The notes: generated by a model not told the origin, from the sequence alone. 63,732 nucleotides of DNA, filler included, from Cercozoa sp. M6MM (GCA_040357565.1; 11 parts of 11 records of this genome joined end to end with filler, not necessarily neighbours in it); one strand, 5' to 3'; positions 1 through 12,728 are shown, counted from the whole stretch's first letter. Program-made: numbers and translations.

Positions 1-16
1 GGGGTAAAGCACTCTA

Positions 17-1179
17 CCCTCAGTGATGCGAGCGAGCAAGCGACGCGACTCCTCGGGATGTTCCTGCAGCCACCGACGCGCAGACGGCACGCGGCCTGTG
101 TCCGCGCGGAAGTGCAAAAAAAAAACGAGCGAGACAGAGAAACAACAAGAAAGCACCATCCAGCATGTAGCACATGAGCGTGAACGGGCAACCTGTGAAC
201 CTGTTCGACAGACAAGGTAGGGTAGGATGGGGGTAGGTAGGTAGGGTAGGTAGGTCGGGTAGGTGGGGTCGTAATGACACAGTTCCAACACACCCGATGA
301 GAGGACACTGGCCGTCGATACTCTTGCGCGTGCTGCAGCACACAGACACAGACACACACGTGAGTTGACACAACTCATCACACGGTCCGCAGAGAGAAAG
401 AAGGCAAGAGATACAGAGTGATGGCATCGCACACGTAGGTCAGTCGCTTGGCAACCTAGGCACAAGGATATACACAGTCACTTCCCTTTATGATGACACG
501 GTGAAGTACCTCTTCGGCAGGTGTGTCCCAGTCGACCTGTCTTTCCATGTCAGCTGGCGTCTTGAGAGCCTCTGGCACCACGGGACCCTAGGTACTACCA
601 CATACCAAACACACAGACACAGACAGGTGTGCGTACCTTGCCCTTGACCATGAGCACCTCCATTCCGAGTGCCTGTGGCACCACTAGGATGTCGCTGAAG
701 ATGATTGACGCGTCCAGATCGAACCTGCCAGATTGATTTTACATGTGCCACCACGTGTCTATCCACCCATGCCAACACACGCCTACCGACGCAGCGGCTG
801 CAGGGTCACCTCGCACGCCAGTTCCTTGGTACGACACACCTCGAAGAACGGGTGCTTGGCACGCACCTCTGTTCAGACCCACCATCAAACCACTTCTTAC
901 TTGGCTACAGGCACACGACTGACCACGGAACTCTGGCAGGAAGCGACCGGCCTGGCGATGCAGCCACCTGGAAACACCAAGCACGTCCCTGGTCACATAC
1001 AACAGTTCCTTAAGTGGAAACCTACACCGGTGTCACGGGCGTGTCCTCGCCACGTGCTGCCTGCAAACACAAAAGTAACATCTGCTTTCATTGACCCGGC
1101 AGCAACCGACACGTACCTTCAGCAACAGATCATTGCGAAGCGAGGGAAACTCGCTCTCGGGCACCTCGTTTTGCGTCAT
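17..1179 (-). CDS. UROD: Uroporphyrinogen decarboxylase, spliced, 3'-truncated at window start
   Basis: Joined exons read [105 protein letters not shown], containing the hallmark URO-D motifs (RQAGR, IIFSDIL, PLIGF). Confidence 0.95.
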
Positions 1180-1469
1180 TACCGTAGCAGTCACTACTGT
1201 AAACACGTTGTTAAGCAACTTACGCCTACAGTACTGCACAGCACTTCTCTGGGCTCTACTGTACCCGTTCAAACAAACCGGCTCGTACACAATCCCCAAT
1301 ATATGGAATCAGGTTGCCCCGAAAATTCCTGTATACGCCGTGCGCTCTAGGACTGTGCTGTGTGTGTCGCGCGTGTTGTTGTTTGCGATAAAGAGCGAGC
1401 CAACCCTTAAAAGTCACACATATTCTTTGGTGGATATTCTGACGTCCGGCGAAAGAAGAAACCTTCAAA

Positions 1470-3023
1470 ATGAGCGTCGCCGAAAGTGAAGGCGACCAGC
1501 GCGTGTTTTGCAATGCCTGTCAGGTGTTTGCCGATGGTAGGATTGGTATTCTTGCGCGAGGTTGATGTGTTTTGCCTTGTAACGCCGGTGGTATGACGTG
1601 TCTTTTATATGAGCAGGCCGCGCACACTACCGCGAGCAGTGGCACCGGTACAATGTCAAGCGGCGGTGTAACGACTTGGCGCCGATCGCCAAGGAACTTT
1701 TCGAGGCGAAACTGACGGCGTTGAAGCGCAGACAGTTCGTTCTGAGTTTGTCTGGGGATTGACGGTTGCCTCATCCATCTGTGCATCTTTGTTGTAGGGG
1801 CGAGCAGGACGAGGAAGACGAGGAGCAGAAGCGAGCCGCGCTGCGGTGCACTGTGTGTTCCAAGCAGTTCAAGAGTGCCGCCGCTCTGGCGACGCATCTC
1901 CGCTCCAAGAAGCATCAGGTAGCACCCCGCTGTGTTTGATGTACCTTGTCTTGTGTCTGTGTCTGTGTGTATGATACACTTTTGGGTATAATGGGAGCAG
2001 AAGGCCGCCGAACTACTGACAAAGCGTGAGAACCAAGAGAGCGAACAGGAGGCCGTGGTATGCTTGTGTTCTGGTGTGTGTGCGTACGTGTGTGTGTATG
2101 TTGATTCCCCTATCTCCTTAGGCAGGCGAGAGTGAGATGCAAGAACTGCACGACGAGGACGAACAGGAGGGTTCCGAGTGCGCCGACGATGAGGCTGCCG
2201 ACAGTGAGGTACACACCTGTCCCTATTTTTTGCCTATATCAATATACATGTCTATATTAATCTGTAAACAGATATATATGTCAATATGTATGTGTATATA
2301 TATATATGTATGTATATAAATCGATATATATATATATGTATATATGTATATATATATATATAATATGAGTATTTACGGGTTTGGGGATACAGGAAGAGAC
2401 GCGCATGCCGATTCCGCTGGGCACGTGTCTGATCTGCGAGCACGACTTTGCCGACGACAGGGAGGGCCTGCTGCGCCACATGGCCAAGAAGCACAACTTT
2501 GTCGTGCCCTTCATCGACCGCGTCGTCGATTTGGACGGCCTGCTCACTGTATCCATCCACCTCCTCTCCTGCTTTACTGCATGACATGGTATATGTGCGA
2601 GTCTGCTATGCCTTGGACAGTACCTCGGTATCAAGCTTGGCGTTGGCTACGCGTGTCTGCACTGCTCGAGGGAGTTCGAGCATCCAGTGGCTGTATCGTT
2701 TCACCTTTCTGCCTGTCGTTCTATGTGTCTTTTCCATGTATGTACCTGTGTGTGTGTGTGATAGGTGAGACAACACATGGAGGGCAAGGCCCACTTTTCG
2801 CTCGACTGGGAGAACAATGAGGACGAGGACATTGACGCTTTCTACGGTATATACCACTCGACTCTTCGCTGGCCCTACACCCATCCCTTTGATGCTGACC
2901 TTGCAGACTTCTCACCTGACCTGCCCGAGGACGAGAGTCGCGCCGTTGTTGCCATGAACGAGCACGACGAGTTGGTAGCCTTCCCATATATATATATATA
3001 TATATATTTATTTATATTTATAT

Positions 3024-3058
<35 letters not shown>

Positions 3059-3545
3059 TATATTTATATATTTATGAATGATATGAACACACGTACAGGT
3101 GCGTGCCGATGGCACAGTGATTGGCATGCGACGCCACGTGCGGTACTACCGACAGAACGTGCGCTCGGCTGAGGCAGAGTCGCGACGCGCGGTACCTTTT
3201 GCAAGCACGCATATGTATAATGCGTCACACAATGTGTGTGTACAGGCACGCATCCGCGAGGCGATGCAGGAGCGCGCGCTGCTCACGCTGCCGGGCTACG
3301 TACCGGAGGAGCACTTCAAGGAGCACAAGCGCGTCGCTGCGGTACATATTCTGCTTATCTATATATATATATATATATATATTATTTATTACTTGATCAT
3401 CGTTTTAAATTTGTATATGATGCCGTGCATTTATTTCGTGTGAGGACAGGTGCGACAAGCACGTGCGCAGCAGTGGCAGCTGCGAGTAGCCACGCGCAAC
3501 AACATGGCTAAGACCAAGCACTTCCGTCTGCAGTGCCCGATGTAA
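1470..3545 (+). CDS. REI1: Pre-60S ribosome biogenesis zinc-finger protein REI1/ZNF622, spliced, complete
   Basis: ATG at 1470; CNACQV..RAHYREQWHRYNVKRR, CTVCSKQFKS..HLRSKKH, CLICEHDF..LRHMAKKHNFVVP..DLDGLLTYLG.K..CLHC..VRQHMEGKAH; ends KHFRLQCPM-TAA at 3545. Confidence 0.93.
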
Positions 3546-3760
3546 CTTTTTTGTTTTGTCTACGCCACGCCAGCTTCAGTCGGTTGTCAAACTATCGACG
3601 ATGCACGGCTCGGCTCGGCTCGGCTCGGCTTGCGACAACTCGAGCCGGGTTGGCTTAGACTGACTCATTTAATTTATTACAGCGCAATTGGCTAATTTAG
3701 ACTCGACAAAGAGCCGGGTAGACGGCATGTTTCAGCCAGGCCGGGTGCAATGTTGGTCAC

Positions 3761-4268
3761 TTACGTGGTGCCGAAGTAGCGGTCGCCAAAGTCACCTAAG
3801 CACAACACAACAACACCGTTATACCGATGCACAGTCACTAGGTGAGAAAGAGACACGCTGGTACCGAGGCCAGGCACGATGTACTTGCTCGAGTTGAGCT
3901 CGCCGTCGATCACGGCCGTGACCACTCGCACTGTGGAGATAGGGGTATGGGGGTTAGGGTGCATGGGGTTAGGGGGATAAAACAGCAGAGGAAGCGCCTA
4001 CCCTCCGGGAAGGCGGCGAAGAGCGCCTCGAGGCCCTCGCGGCACGCCACGAGGTTCACGAAGAGAATCTGGCTCTGTGGCACGCCGGCCTGCATCAGTG
4101 TCTCGATGGCGCACTTGACCGAGCCGCCTGTAGAAGGGGTAGGAGCAAGTGGGTAAAGAAGGGTAAGGGGCAAAGGGGTGTACCCGTGGCAAGCATCGGA
4201 TCCAGCAGCATCACGGTTCGTTCAGACACGTCGGCCGGGAGCTTCTTGTAGAAGAAACGCGGCAGTCT
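3761..4268 (-). CDS. UPRT: Uracil phosphoribosyltransferase, 3' part
   Basis: [70 protein letters not shown]. Confidence 0.95.
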
Positions 4269-4317
4269 ATTCAGACACAGAGACACATTATAAAGGCAGG
4301 TAGTACATGTGACACAC

Positions 4318-4497
<180 letters not shown>

Positions 4498-4541
4498 NNN
4501 NNNNNNNNNNNNNNNNNNNNNNNNNNNNNNNNNNNNNNNNN

Positions 4542-4553
4542 TTAATTAATTAA
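4542..4553. other. Artificial contig-join linker TTAATTAATTAA between N runs. Also at 21094, 27482, 33997, 39536, 45004, 48315, 55474, 58990 and 62117, giving 11 contigs
   Basis: Identical six-frame-stop 12-mer flanked by N runs ten times; genes are truncated at the joins. Confidence 0.97.
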
Positions 4554-4620
4554 NNNNNNNNNNNNNNNNNNNNNNNNNNNNNNNNNNNNNNNNNNNNGGG
4601 GGATAAAGACCTCGCTACCC

Positions 4621-6850
4621 GAGAAACCGAGGCCACTGAGCACCTTGCGCGCTCGCTGCTCGGCCTGCAACAAACAGACTTGTTTATGACACGGACAGCC
4701 TTGTTTTTTGAGGCGAGGCACTTACCGTGTGCACCTCGAGCTCCTCGATCTTGTCCTCGACGTCGCGCAGTTTCTCCTCGTCGCGTTCCGTCCAGCGACC
4801 CGACTGCGTGCTCTGCTTCTCCTGCAGGGGGAGGGGGTAAGGAAGGGGTAGGGGCAGAGTAGGCAGGGTCGGGGGGGGGGGTGGAAGGGGTAAAGCAGCT
4901 ACCTGCAGCATGGCCTGCTGCTTGAGCAAGTGTTCGCGCACGTGGTCGCGCGACAGCACGAACTCGAGCACAGGCATGTCGTCGCCGTGGATCTCCTGCT
5001 CCACGTGCAGCACGCGCACGTGCCTGTAGCAACACCAGTCACCCACATCAGTCACCCACATCAGTCACCCACACCCACACCAGTCGCACACCGTCATTAG
5101 CTGATCAACGTACTTGGGGAAACCGTCCAGATCGTAGCGACTCATCATCCGCAGCAGCGTCGACTTACCGGCACTGTACACACAACCAGGCAGGTCCATT
5201 TCTACAGAGGTACATATGAACAGAACCAACGTACCCGTTCTTGCCGATCAGACCATAGCAGCAACCTTCGTTCAGCTAGACATGGGGGAGGGGGTATAAA
5301 GGAAGGGGGGAGGGGGTAAAAAAGCTACCGTCAACGAGAAGTTCGACAGCAGCAGCTTCGAGTTGTCCGGCGAGTACCTGCATGGAGAGGGGTAAGGGGT
5401 AAAGGGGTAAGAGGGGGTAAAAAGAGTACATGTTAAGGTCGTGCAGATCGATGCGCTTGGACGCAGCGGCATTGGCCGGGTCTGTCTCACACACAAGGTA
5501 TGTAACACAAGAGGTCAGGTTGGGGGGGGGGGTAGAAACTGGTGGCACCCAAGAAGGCACGCAGATGCGCCTCCAGTACCTTCCTACACAAACAAGCGTG
5601 TCAGGCAGGTACAGACAGGGCAGTGTCTGTATGTGTGTGTAGGTACTGCTCCATCTTGCTGCCGTGGAACTTGGACGGGTCGTATCGCTCCAGCAGTTTC
5701 ATGCGGCGCTCCAGCTCGCGCTGACGCTTGCGCTGCAACACCAGGAGGCTAAAGGAAGGAAAGGGCGGGGTGGGGTAAGAATCACCTGCTTGGACGTGAG
5801 AGCCGACTTGGCCACCTCGAGGTCTTGCACCGAGGTCTCAGGTCGCACGGCCAGTGTGAGGTTCTTGATGCGCTCCTCCACCCTCTGCTCGCACAAGGAG
5901 GGGGTCAAGGGGTAGGTGGGTGGGTGGGGAGGGCAAAACTACAGTGTTGGTGTTGGCCGAGACAGTGTCGGCGATGGAGGCGATCTTGTCCTTGTCGCTC
6001 TTGTCGGTGTCGGCAGCGACACTGACCTTCTTCTCGCGGATGTGGCACAACTCGCGTTCCTCGCCCTCGTCGTAGTCGAGGTACCACACAAAGAAGCGGC
6101 CCTCCTGCTCGTCCAGCACGGCGTCGATTCGCGCCTCGTACCTGTGTTTTTACCGGCATATAGTGCACACACACATACACGCGCAACTACAGGTACACAC
6201 CCGTCCTACCAGGCATCATCGCCCGAGTACTGCGCCGACACACGCGTGCCTGGCTTCAGCGACTGCACAAGAGTAAACGGGGGGGTGAACGGGGTAGGGG
6301 GGGGGTAAAGACAGTGGCTACAGCGATACGAGCCGCCTTGCGCGACATCGACGCATCGGCGGCGTCGGAAACGAGCTGCGCCGCCTGCAGCGCCTCGAAC
6401 AGCGTGACCACCTTCGCAAACACACAAGCACACTTTCACTGACATGCACACACTTAGACGCGCACACACTCAGACATGCACACACCGACACACTCACACC
6501 AGCAGTCGAGCGAGTGTGCATTCTACCATTCGCTCGGCCTCCTCCTCATTGTCGGCAATCGCGTAGTCCACTAGAGACTGCATACAGACACGCGTTTTGT
6601 AAAGGCCCAAACACAAAGCAGAAGTCTACCTGCAGAAGCACGTCGTCGAGATCGGCGCGCGAACGGATCTAAACAAACACACAACCGAGTTTTTCTCATT
6701 CGAGAATTCATGGACTGCTTGCGCTTTTAATGGTACCTGGCCATCCGCGATACCCTCGGCTACGACTCCGGCAACAAAGTACACCACGGGCTCGTCGATC
6801 GACGCGAGGAAATCTTGCGCACGCACGACGGTCTCGGCGGCGTCAGACAT
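4621..6850 (-). CDS. ABCF-family ATPase (GCN20/ABCF3-like) with an N-terminal Tudor domain, 3'-truncated
   Basis: YGLIGKNGAGKSTLLRMMS (Walker A), VLHVEQEIHGDD..VLEFVL, AEQRARKVLSGLGFS; upstream LKPGTRVSAQYSGDDAWYEARIDAV..FFVWYLDYDE is Tudor-like. Confidence 0.88.
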
Positions 6851-7187
6851 TTCTTTCACTTCGAAAAAGTTTCTTTGGCACGCCCTCACTTTCACTTACG
6901 TCGAACGACAATTTGCCGAATAAAAACAGTGTGAGCACGTCAGATGAGTGCGATAACGATGTGGCTACATCACCACAGAGCTGCCTCAAAAGGTACTTTT
7001 GGACCATCCACGTCGTCCATGTTTCGGCTCAAGAGCCGGCGTTAGCAGGCGCCAAAGATGTGATCGAGTGTTGTGGTGCAGACGTGGCCAGGCGTTAGTG
7101 CTTGACGTTTGGGTGCGTCTCTTGACTGGTTTAGTCTCCAAGAATAGCGTTAAAGGCGGTGTTGTGAGCCTTCAGTCAAGCACCAAA

Positions 7188-8304
7188 ATGAGTCGGGTGC
7201 GTACGCGCTCCCAGGTGCGTCAGGAGGACGCGTTGTTCGACTTTGGTCAGTTCATGGCAACCTCAGCGGAGGTTGACGACGACCTTGGTGCCACAGAGAC
7301 AGCTCGCAGTGCGCAGCGCTCGCTGTCGGTGGCGGAGGAGGCGCCGCAGTCGATGCCGCCACTGACGCACTCGCTCTCTGCGTCGACGTCGCCGATGAAG
7401 CCGCGGGCCAAGCGGGTGCGTGATCGTCCCTTTCGCTTTCTTTGTTCTACTATGCGTGTCATATGCATGTCCCTATGTGTACGTCATGCGTGTGTTGTGT
7501 GCAGCGCTTCCTGGCAGGCATGCCAGTGCCGCCTGCACTGCCTGTGCTGCCCAACTCGTTGCCGCAGTTGCAGGAAGGCATGTCTCTGTTCCTGTTATAC
7601 CTTGGTTGGTGTCTAAAGTGTTGGTTGGTTGTGCACAGGCGAGGTCAGAGCACCTCCCGCACGCGGCAGTTTCCAGCGCGAGATTTTCGAAACGGCGCGC
7701 TTTTTGGAGCAGTTTTTGCTGGCGCGGCAGCGCTTCTGCTCGCAGCGTGGTAGCTCGACTATGACGATCTTTACCCCCCCCCCCCCCACCCACACAGCCT
7801 CCCTCTACCTCCTGTTTTCGCAGGCAGCGAGATTTTTGTGTCCGCCGTTCGCGAGGTGTGGCGACAACAGGGACAGCAGGCAGCCGGACAGGTACCGAGG
7901 CAGCCGCTGGACTGGAGTGATCGGCACGTGGCCACGCAGCTGTGGCACTTGCTCACTCGGCACGTGGATGGCACGCGACAGGCGCCTTCGGTAGCCTTCT
8001 TGCCCCCTGTTTCCCCTTAACCCCCCCTGTGCCTGTGCACAGTTAGACGACTCGTTGTTGTCGGACGAAGAAAGCGAGTCGGACAGCAGCTGCAGTCTGC
8101 TGGACCAGGACGTCGCAGGTCCGCGCGGACACTCAGCGCACGTGGTCACGCGCATCCGCGCGCAGGTGCTACGCGTGCTGTTTACGCGCAGCACAGCCAA
8201 GGAGACTCAGGTGGACACGTGGACCATGAGTGGCCTGGTGTCGCACTGTCGCCAGTGTCGCCGACTGTCGCCGCTGTCGCTCATCTGCACCGAGTGCGGT
8301 ACTT

Positions 8305-8341
<37 letters not shown>

Positions 8342-10090
8342 NNNNNNNNNNNNNNNNNNNNNNNNNNNNNNNNNNNNNNNNNNNNNNNNNNNNNNNNNNN
8401 NNNNNNNNNNNNNNNNNNNNNNNNNNNNNNNNNNNNNNNNNCCCCCCCCCCTCCACCCCATGCTGTAGGCGCACAAGGACCGCACCCGATGCAGCTGCTG
8501 GACGAGAAGCAGCAGTCGGTGCCGACGCAGAAGCAGGTGGAGCAGTGCATTGTGCGTGGCTTGGAGTACGCCACGAGACAGGCGAGGTAGGCCGCACTCA
8601 CACCCCGTGCCCCTTTACCCCCCCCCCGTACAGTGCAAGTGGCTTCGACTCACACGGTGGAGATGTGATGTTCTTGTTCAAGTGTGTCGTAAACAATGCA
8701 CGGCAACACAACCAGGTCGTCTATGCCGCCGCTGTGAAGGCACTGCGCAAGATGCGCACTCGCTGGCGTGCCAAGGGTCATGGTATCTTGTGCCCCTTAC
8801 ACCCTTGCCCTCCCCTTTACTCTTTTACCTTCCTGTGTTCTCCGCAGAGAGAGGACCCAAGAAGAACGAAAAGTGGACACCCGAGAAACTGCTGGGCGAA
8901 CTGGAGGCACTGCACGCACTGCGCGCACTCGACGGTGCCGATCAACTCGCGTGCGACGGTGCCGATCCGAGTGGTACCTTGTGCTTGCACGTGTCCTGCC
9001 TTGTGTCCTGCCATGCGCAGCCTGCCATGTGTACACGTACTGACGCAGACACTGACCTGGACAACTCTGGCCGCACACGTGCCGAGCGACGTCGCGACAA
9101 CGACAAACTCCGTCGCGCGCTGGATCAGGGCTTTGCGCGACTCGTGCCGGTTTTACCCCCCCCCCCCCCACACACACCCTTTACCAGTCCTTTATCCCCT
9201 TAACATGCAGGCACATCTGTTCGGCTACGACATTGCCGAGTCGGCACAGGAGTTGCCGCCACGTGTGCAGCGAGGCTACTGCCGCGACTGCGATCGCGTG
9301 CACCGCGCGTCGCACATCAGTGCGAGTGATCAAAAGGTACCAGTGCGCACGTGTGTCCCACTGTTACATCTGGCTGTGTACATGTGTATTCCTGAAGGCT
9401 CAAGAGTGCTGGCGATGTGTCAGTGGTCATGTCGACTATGATCGTGCCACACGGGCCTTGGTGTGGACCAGTGTGCTTGAGGACTGTGCCTTGTGCTTCA
9501 TGCTCCCATAGCCTTTTGTTAATCGCACCCTGGGTATGCAGGCGACGTGCGATTGCGACGCGGAGAGGGCGACGTGGGCGACGGACCGCAGCAGCCCGTG
9601 ACGCTGGCGGAGATCGCGGCGCAGCTGCCGTCGCTGCGGCCCTACGGCAACGAGGCGCTGCTGGACGCCGGCAACTTCTCGCACGCGTGCTACTTCATCA
9701 CGCACCTGCTCTTTGTGGCCTCGAGTGACGACTCGCGCTCCTGGTAGACCCACCTAACTGCCCACCACCTGCCTGCCCACCTACCCACCTGCCTACCAAC
9801 CCACCCACCTGCCTACCTACCTATCCTCCCCACCCACCTGCCTACCTATCTTCCAACCTACCCACCTACCTACCCCATACACTGCCTGGCAGGGGGGCGC
9901 GTTCGTTGGACCCGGCGGACTTTGTGGAGGAACTGGTGTTCCTGCTGGCGCACATGCGCGACGTGGTGCGACACAAGAAGGACGCCGAGTTGGTCGGCGA
10001 GTTCCTGCAGTCGCTGCGACTGCTCGGCCTTGACGACTCGCACCCGCTGCAGGTAGGCCAGGAGACTTTTACCCCTGACACTTTGGACTA

Positions 10091-10124
<34 letters not shown>

Positions 10125-10554
10125 TGTGTATGTGTGTGTGTGTGTGTGTGTACAGTTGCTGGGCATGAACTTTCTGTTGGAGCGAGAGAGGACACTGCGA
10201 GGCGCTGGGCAAGGCGGCATGTTCGTGCCGTCGCGGTCCTGCAGTTACTACATGCGGTACCACGCCGTGTACTGCGCCGTGGCCGGCCTTGCCACGCGAC
10301 AGATCTTTGGCTACAAGCACGAGCCTATGCTGGCGCACTGGCGTGTGTTCTCGCAGCGCTTCCTGCGACAGGCGCCGAACTCGCAGCGCTACATGTCGGA
10401 CACGCCGCGCAAGGAGGCTGCTCGTCTGGCACACTTTAGTCCCAAGCTGCGCGGCAAAAAGCGTGCCTCCTTGTCACGCCAGCGACTCGAACTGCAGGAA
10501 GCACCTGCCGGCTGCCTGTCGCCGTGCCGGTTTAATCCCGCCGACAGCGACTAG
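7188..10554 (+). CDS. Uncharacterised multi-exon protein with Cys-pair motifs and a C-terminal helical domain resembling a bacterial-type alpha/alpha-barrel family
   Basis: Exons join in frame from ATG 7188 to TAG 10554; CRQC..CTEC and CRDC..CWRC pairs; C-terminal YFITHLLF..DAELVGEFLQSLRLLG..GMNFLLERE..GMF..RYHAVYCAVAGL; gap at 8342-8441. Confidence 0.7.
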
Positions 10555-10708
10555 CTGGCGTACTCCATCGACGTCCTTCCTTTGTTTACTTTGCTCTATA
10601 TTATTTCGTGATTCTGGTGCTGCACACTTACGGTAGTCATTGCCTTGACCCGTCCGCGTGGAGGTCTCGACCGCGTCCCAATCAAAAATGTCTTCTAATC
10701 CCCTTCGA

Positions 10709-10747
10709 CGTCTTCAATACCTTAGTTACTGGTTTCATACCGCAACA
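10709..10747 (+). repeat. Dispersed intergenic motif A, copy 1
   Basis: CGTCTTCAATACCTTAGTTACTGGTTTC-ATACCGCAACA; first 28 bp identical to 26966-26993. Confidence 0.9.
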
Positions 10748-10943
10748 ACAATCATGAACGCTGAAAGTGGCGATTGATTCCAAAACAGTAACTCAACCGA
10801 ACAGCACGGCACAGCGACGTACGCTAAGTGAAGTCTCTTCACGTGCCAACGATTCTCTCGTCTGCTTGGATCACTAAGCAGTCCGCGCAGAGCCCCAGCG
10901 TCAAGGTAGCGTTGACAAGTGAGAGATGATTGCAGGGGGTCGC

Positions 10944-12690
10944 TTAGGCGTCAATCGTCACGAGACGAGGTGAGCCGAACTGCACGCGCTCGAGTTCATC
11001 GATGTCGACGATTTTGTCGTGCTGCTGCGACTGGCGACTGCGACGCGCGCACATGGCCGTCAGCGTGGCCACCAGCATGATCACAACGGCACCGGCGGCC
11101 ACGTAGTACAGCCGGCGCGTCGACGGCGACTGCGGCGGCTCCGTGGCCGGCGGTTGCACCGGGGGCGGCAGCTCGTCGTCGCGTCCGTCGCTCGGCGGCG
11201 GCGGCGGCACATCAGCGCTGTCTGTGTCGACAAATTAATCAATTTACAAACATAATACAACTAGGTAATTACACTTATCAGAAAGGTTATGGATACATAT
11301 CCAAATAAAGGCCCCACCATCATCGTCGTCGCCGATGACAGGCAGCGGCAGGATAGACGCCGCGTCCGACACCTGCTGGAACGAGCACGGGAAGTGCGAG
11401 CACGGAATGTACTCCAGAGTCATGTCCAGGTAGATCTTCTCGACGTCATTGAGCTGCCGGTACATATACACACATACGTATACAAGTGGATATGCACACA
11501 CTCATGGTGTGCCAACATACCGAGACACAGTTGGCCTCCTGCGGCACTTCGATGGTCCAGCCACCCTGCATTCCACTATATGTATATATAGTGTAGGGAT
11601 ATAGAAGGTTGATACCAGCGGACTCAGCGGAACACCGTCCGGGATGTCACGCAGAGCACGCACCGTGCCATCGCGCAGATCAATCTGACATATATATATT
11701 AAGTTATGTATAACTAGGATATATAATACATACTCTAGATTTATGATAGGTACAATACATGTGTAGAAAAGACAGATATTATAGCACTACCTCGAACGGA
11801 AACACGACTGGCGTGTGCGTGAAGGACTGCACGCGACCGTCGTCGCTCCAGATGCGACTAAAGCCGTCGTGAGTGGCGTGCACGAGAATCTTGCTGTAGG
11901 ACCATCATACAGTAAGTGGGGTATCTGCATTGGGGGTATAAGGGGATACAAGCGTACCTGCAGGTGCCTGTGGCCGTGCGGAACGCCGTCGGCAGCGGTG
12001 ACATCACCTGCTCAGTCACACAAATAAGAGCGGTCGGGTAGGGTATGGTCCTGGTGGAGGGGGCGCGTACCACAGCATTGACCGACTTGATACGCACGCG
12101 CGACTTGCCAAGCACCGGGCGCGACGACGCGTCGATCTGCAGCACCAGCGGCGCGCCGGCCTTGAACGAATGTGCCGACACGTAGGACTGTCAGTTGAGG
12201 CAGGGTAGGTATGGTAGGGTAGGTCGATAAGAAATAGGTATGTAAGTAGGTAGGTAGGTGGGCAGATAGGGCAGGTACCATCTGCGACAGGTCGAACTCG
12301 AAGGCGTTGGCATGCTGCTTGGCATTGGCACTCGTCACCAGGCCAGCCACCGAGGCCACGTCACCTGCACACAAGGCATCAAGTGGTAAGCTCGATATTT
12401 ACGGTCAAGTAGACACAGGGACAGGTGTTACGAACGAGCGACAGCGACGCAGGCTTGTTGAAGGTGGCCATGCGGCCACCCACCTCGTCCTGGTAGAACA
12501 GAGCGTCGACCTCGATCGAAGCTAGCGTGTCCAGCATCATGGCCACCTGTACACATGTACACACATGTACATATACGCACATGTACTTTGTAGCCAAGTG
12601 TACACGCGAGTAGTCGACCGCAAAGTCACGCTGATCCAGTTGCGGCATGCGGATGTTCTTGTGATAGGCTGTGCACCCAATATGCAGACA

Positions 12691-12728
<38 letters not shown>

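Noticed and set aside
4498-4597. Regularly recurring TTAATTAATTAA as a biological repeat, and gene clusters spanning it
   Set aside because: Artificial concatenation linker within N runs; adjacency across it carries no information
8306-8451. Poly-G / gap / poly-C as an inverted-repeat element
   Set aside because: Scaffold gap at a homopolymer inside an intron; likely an assembly artefact
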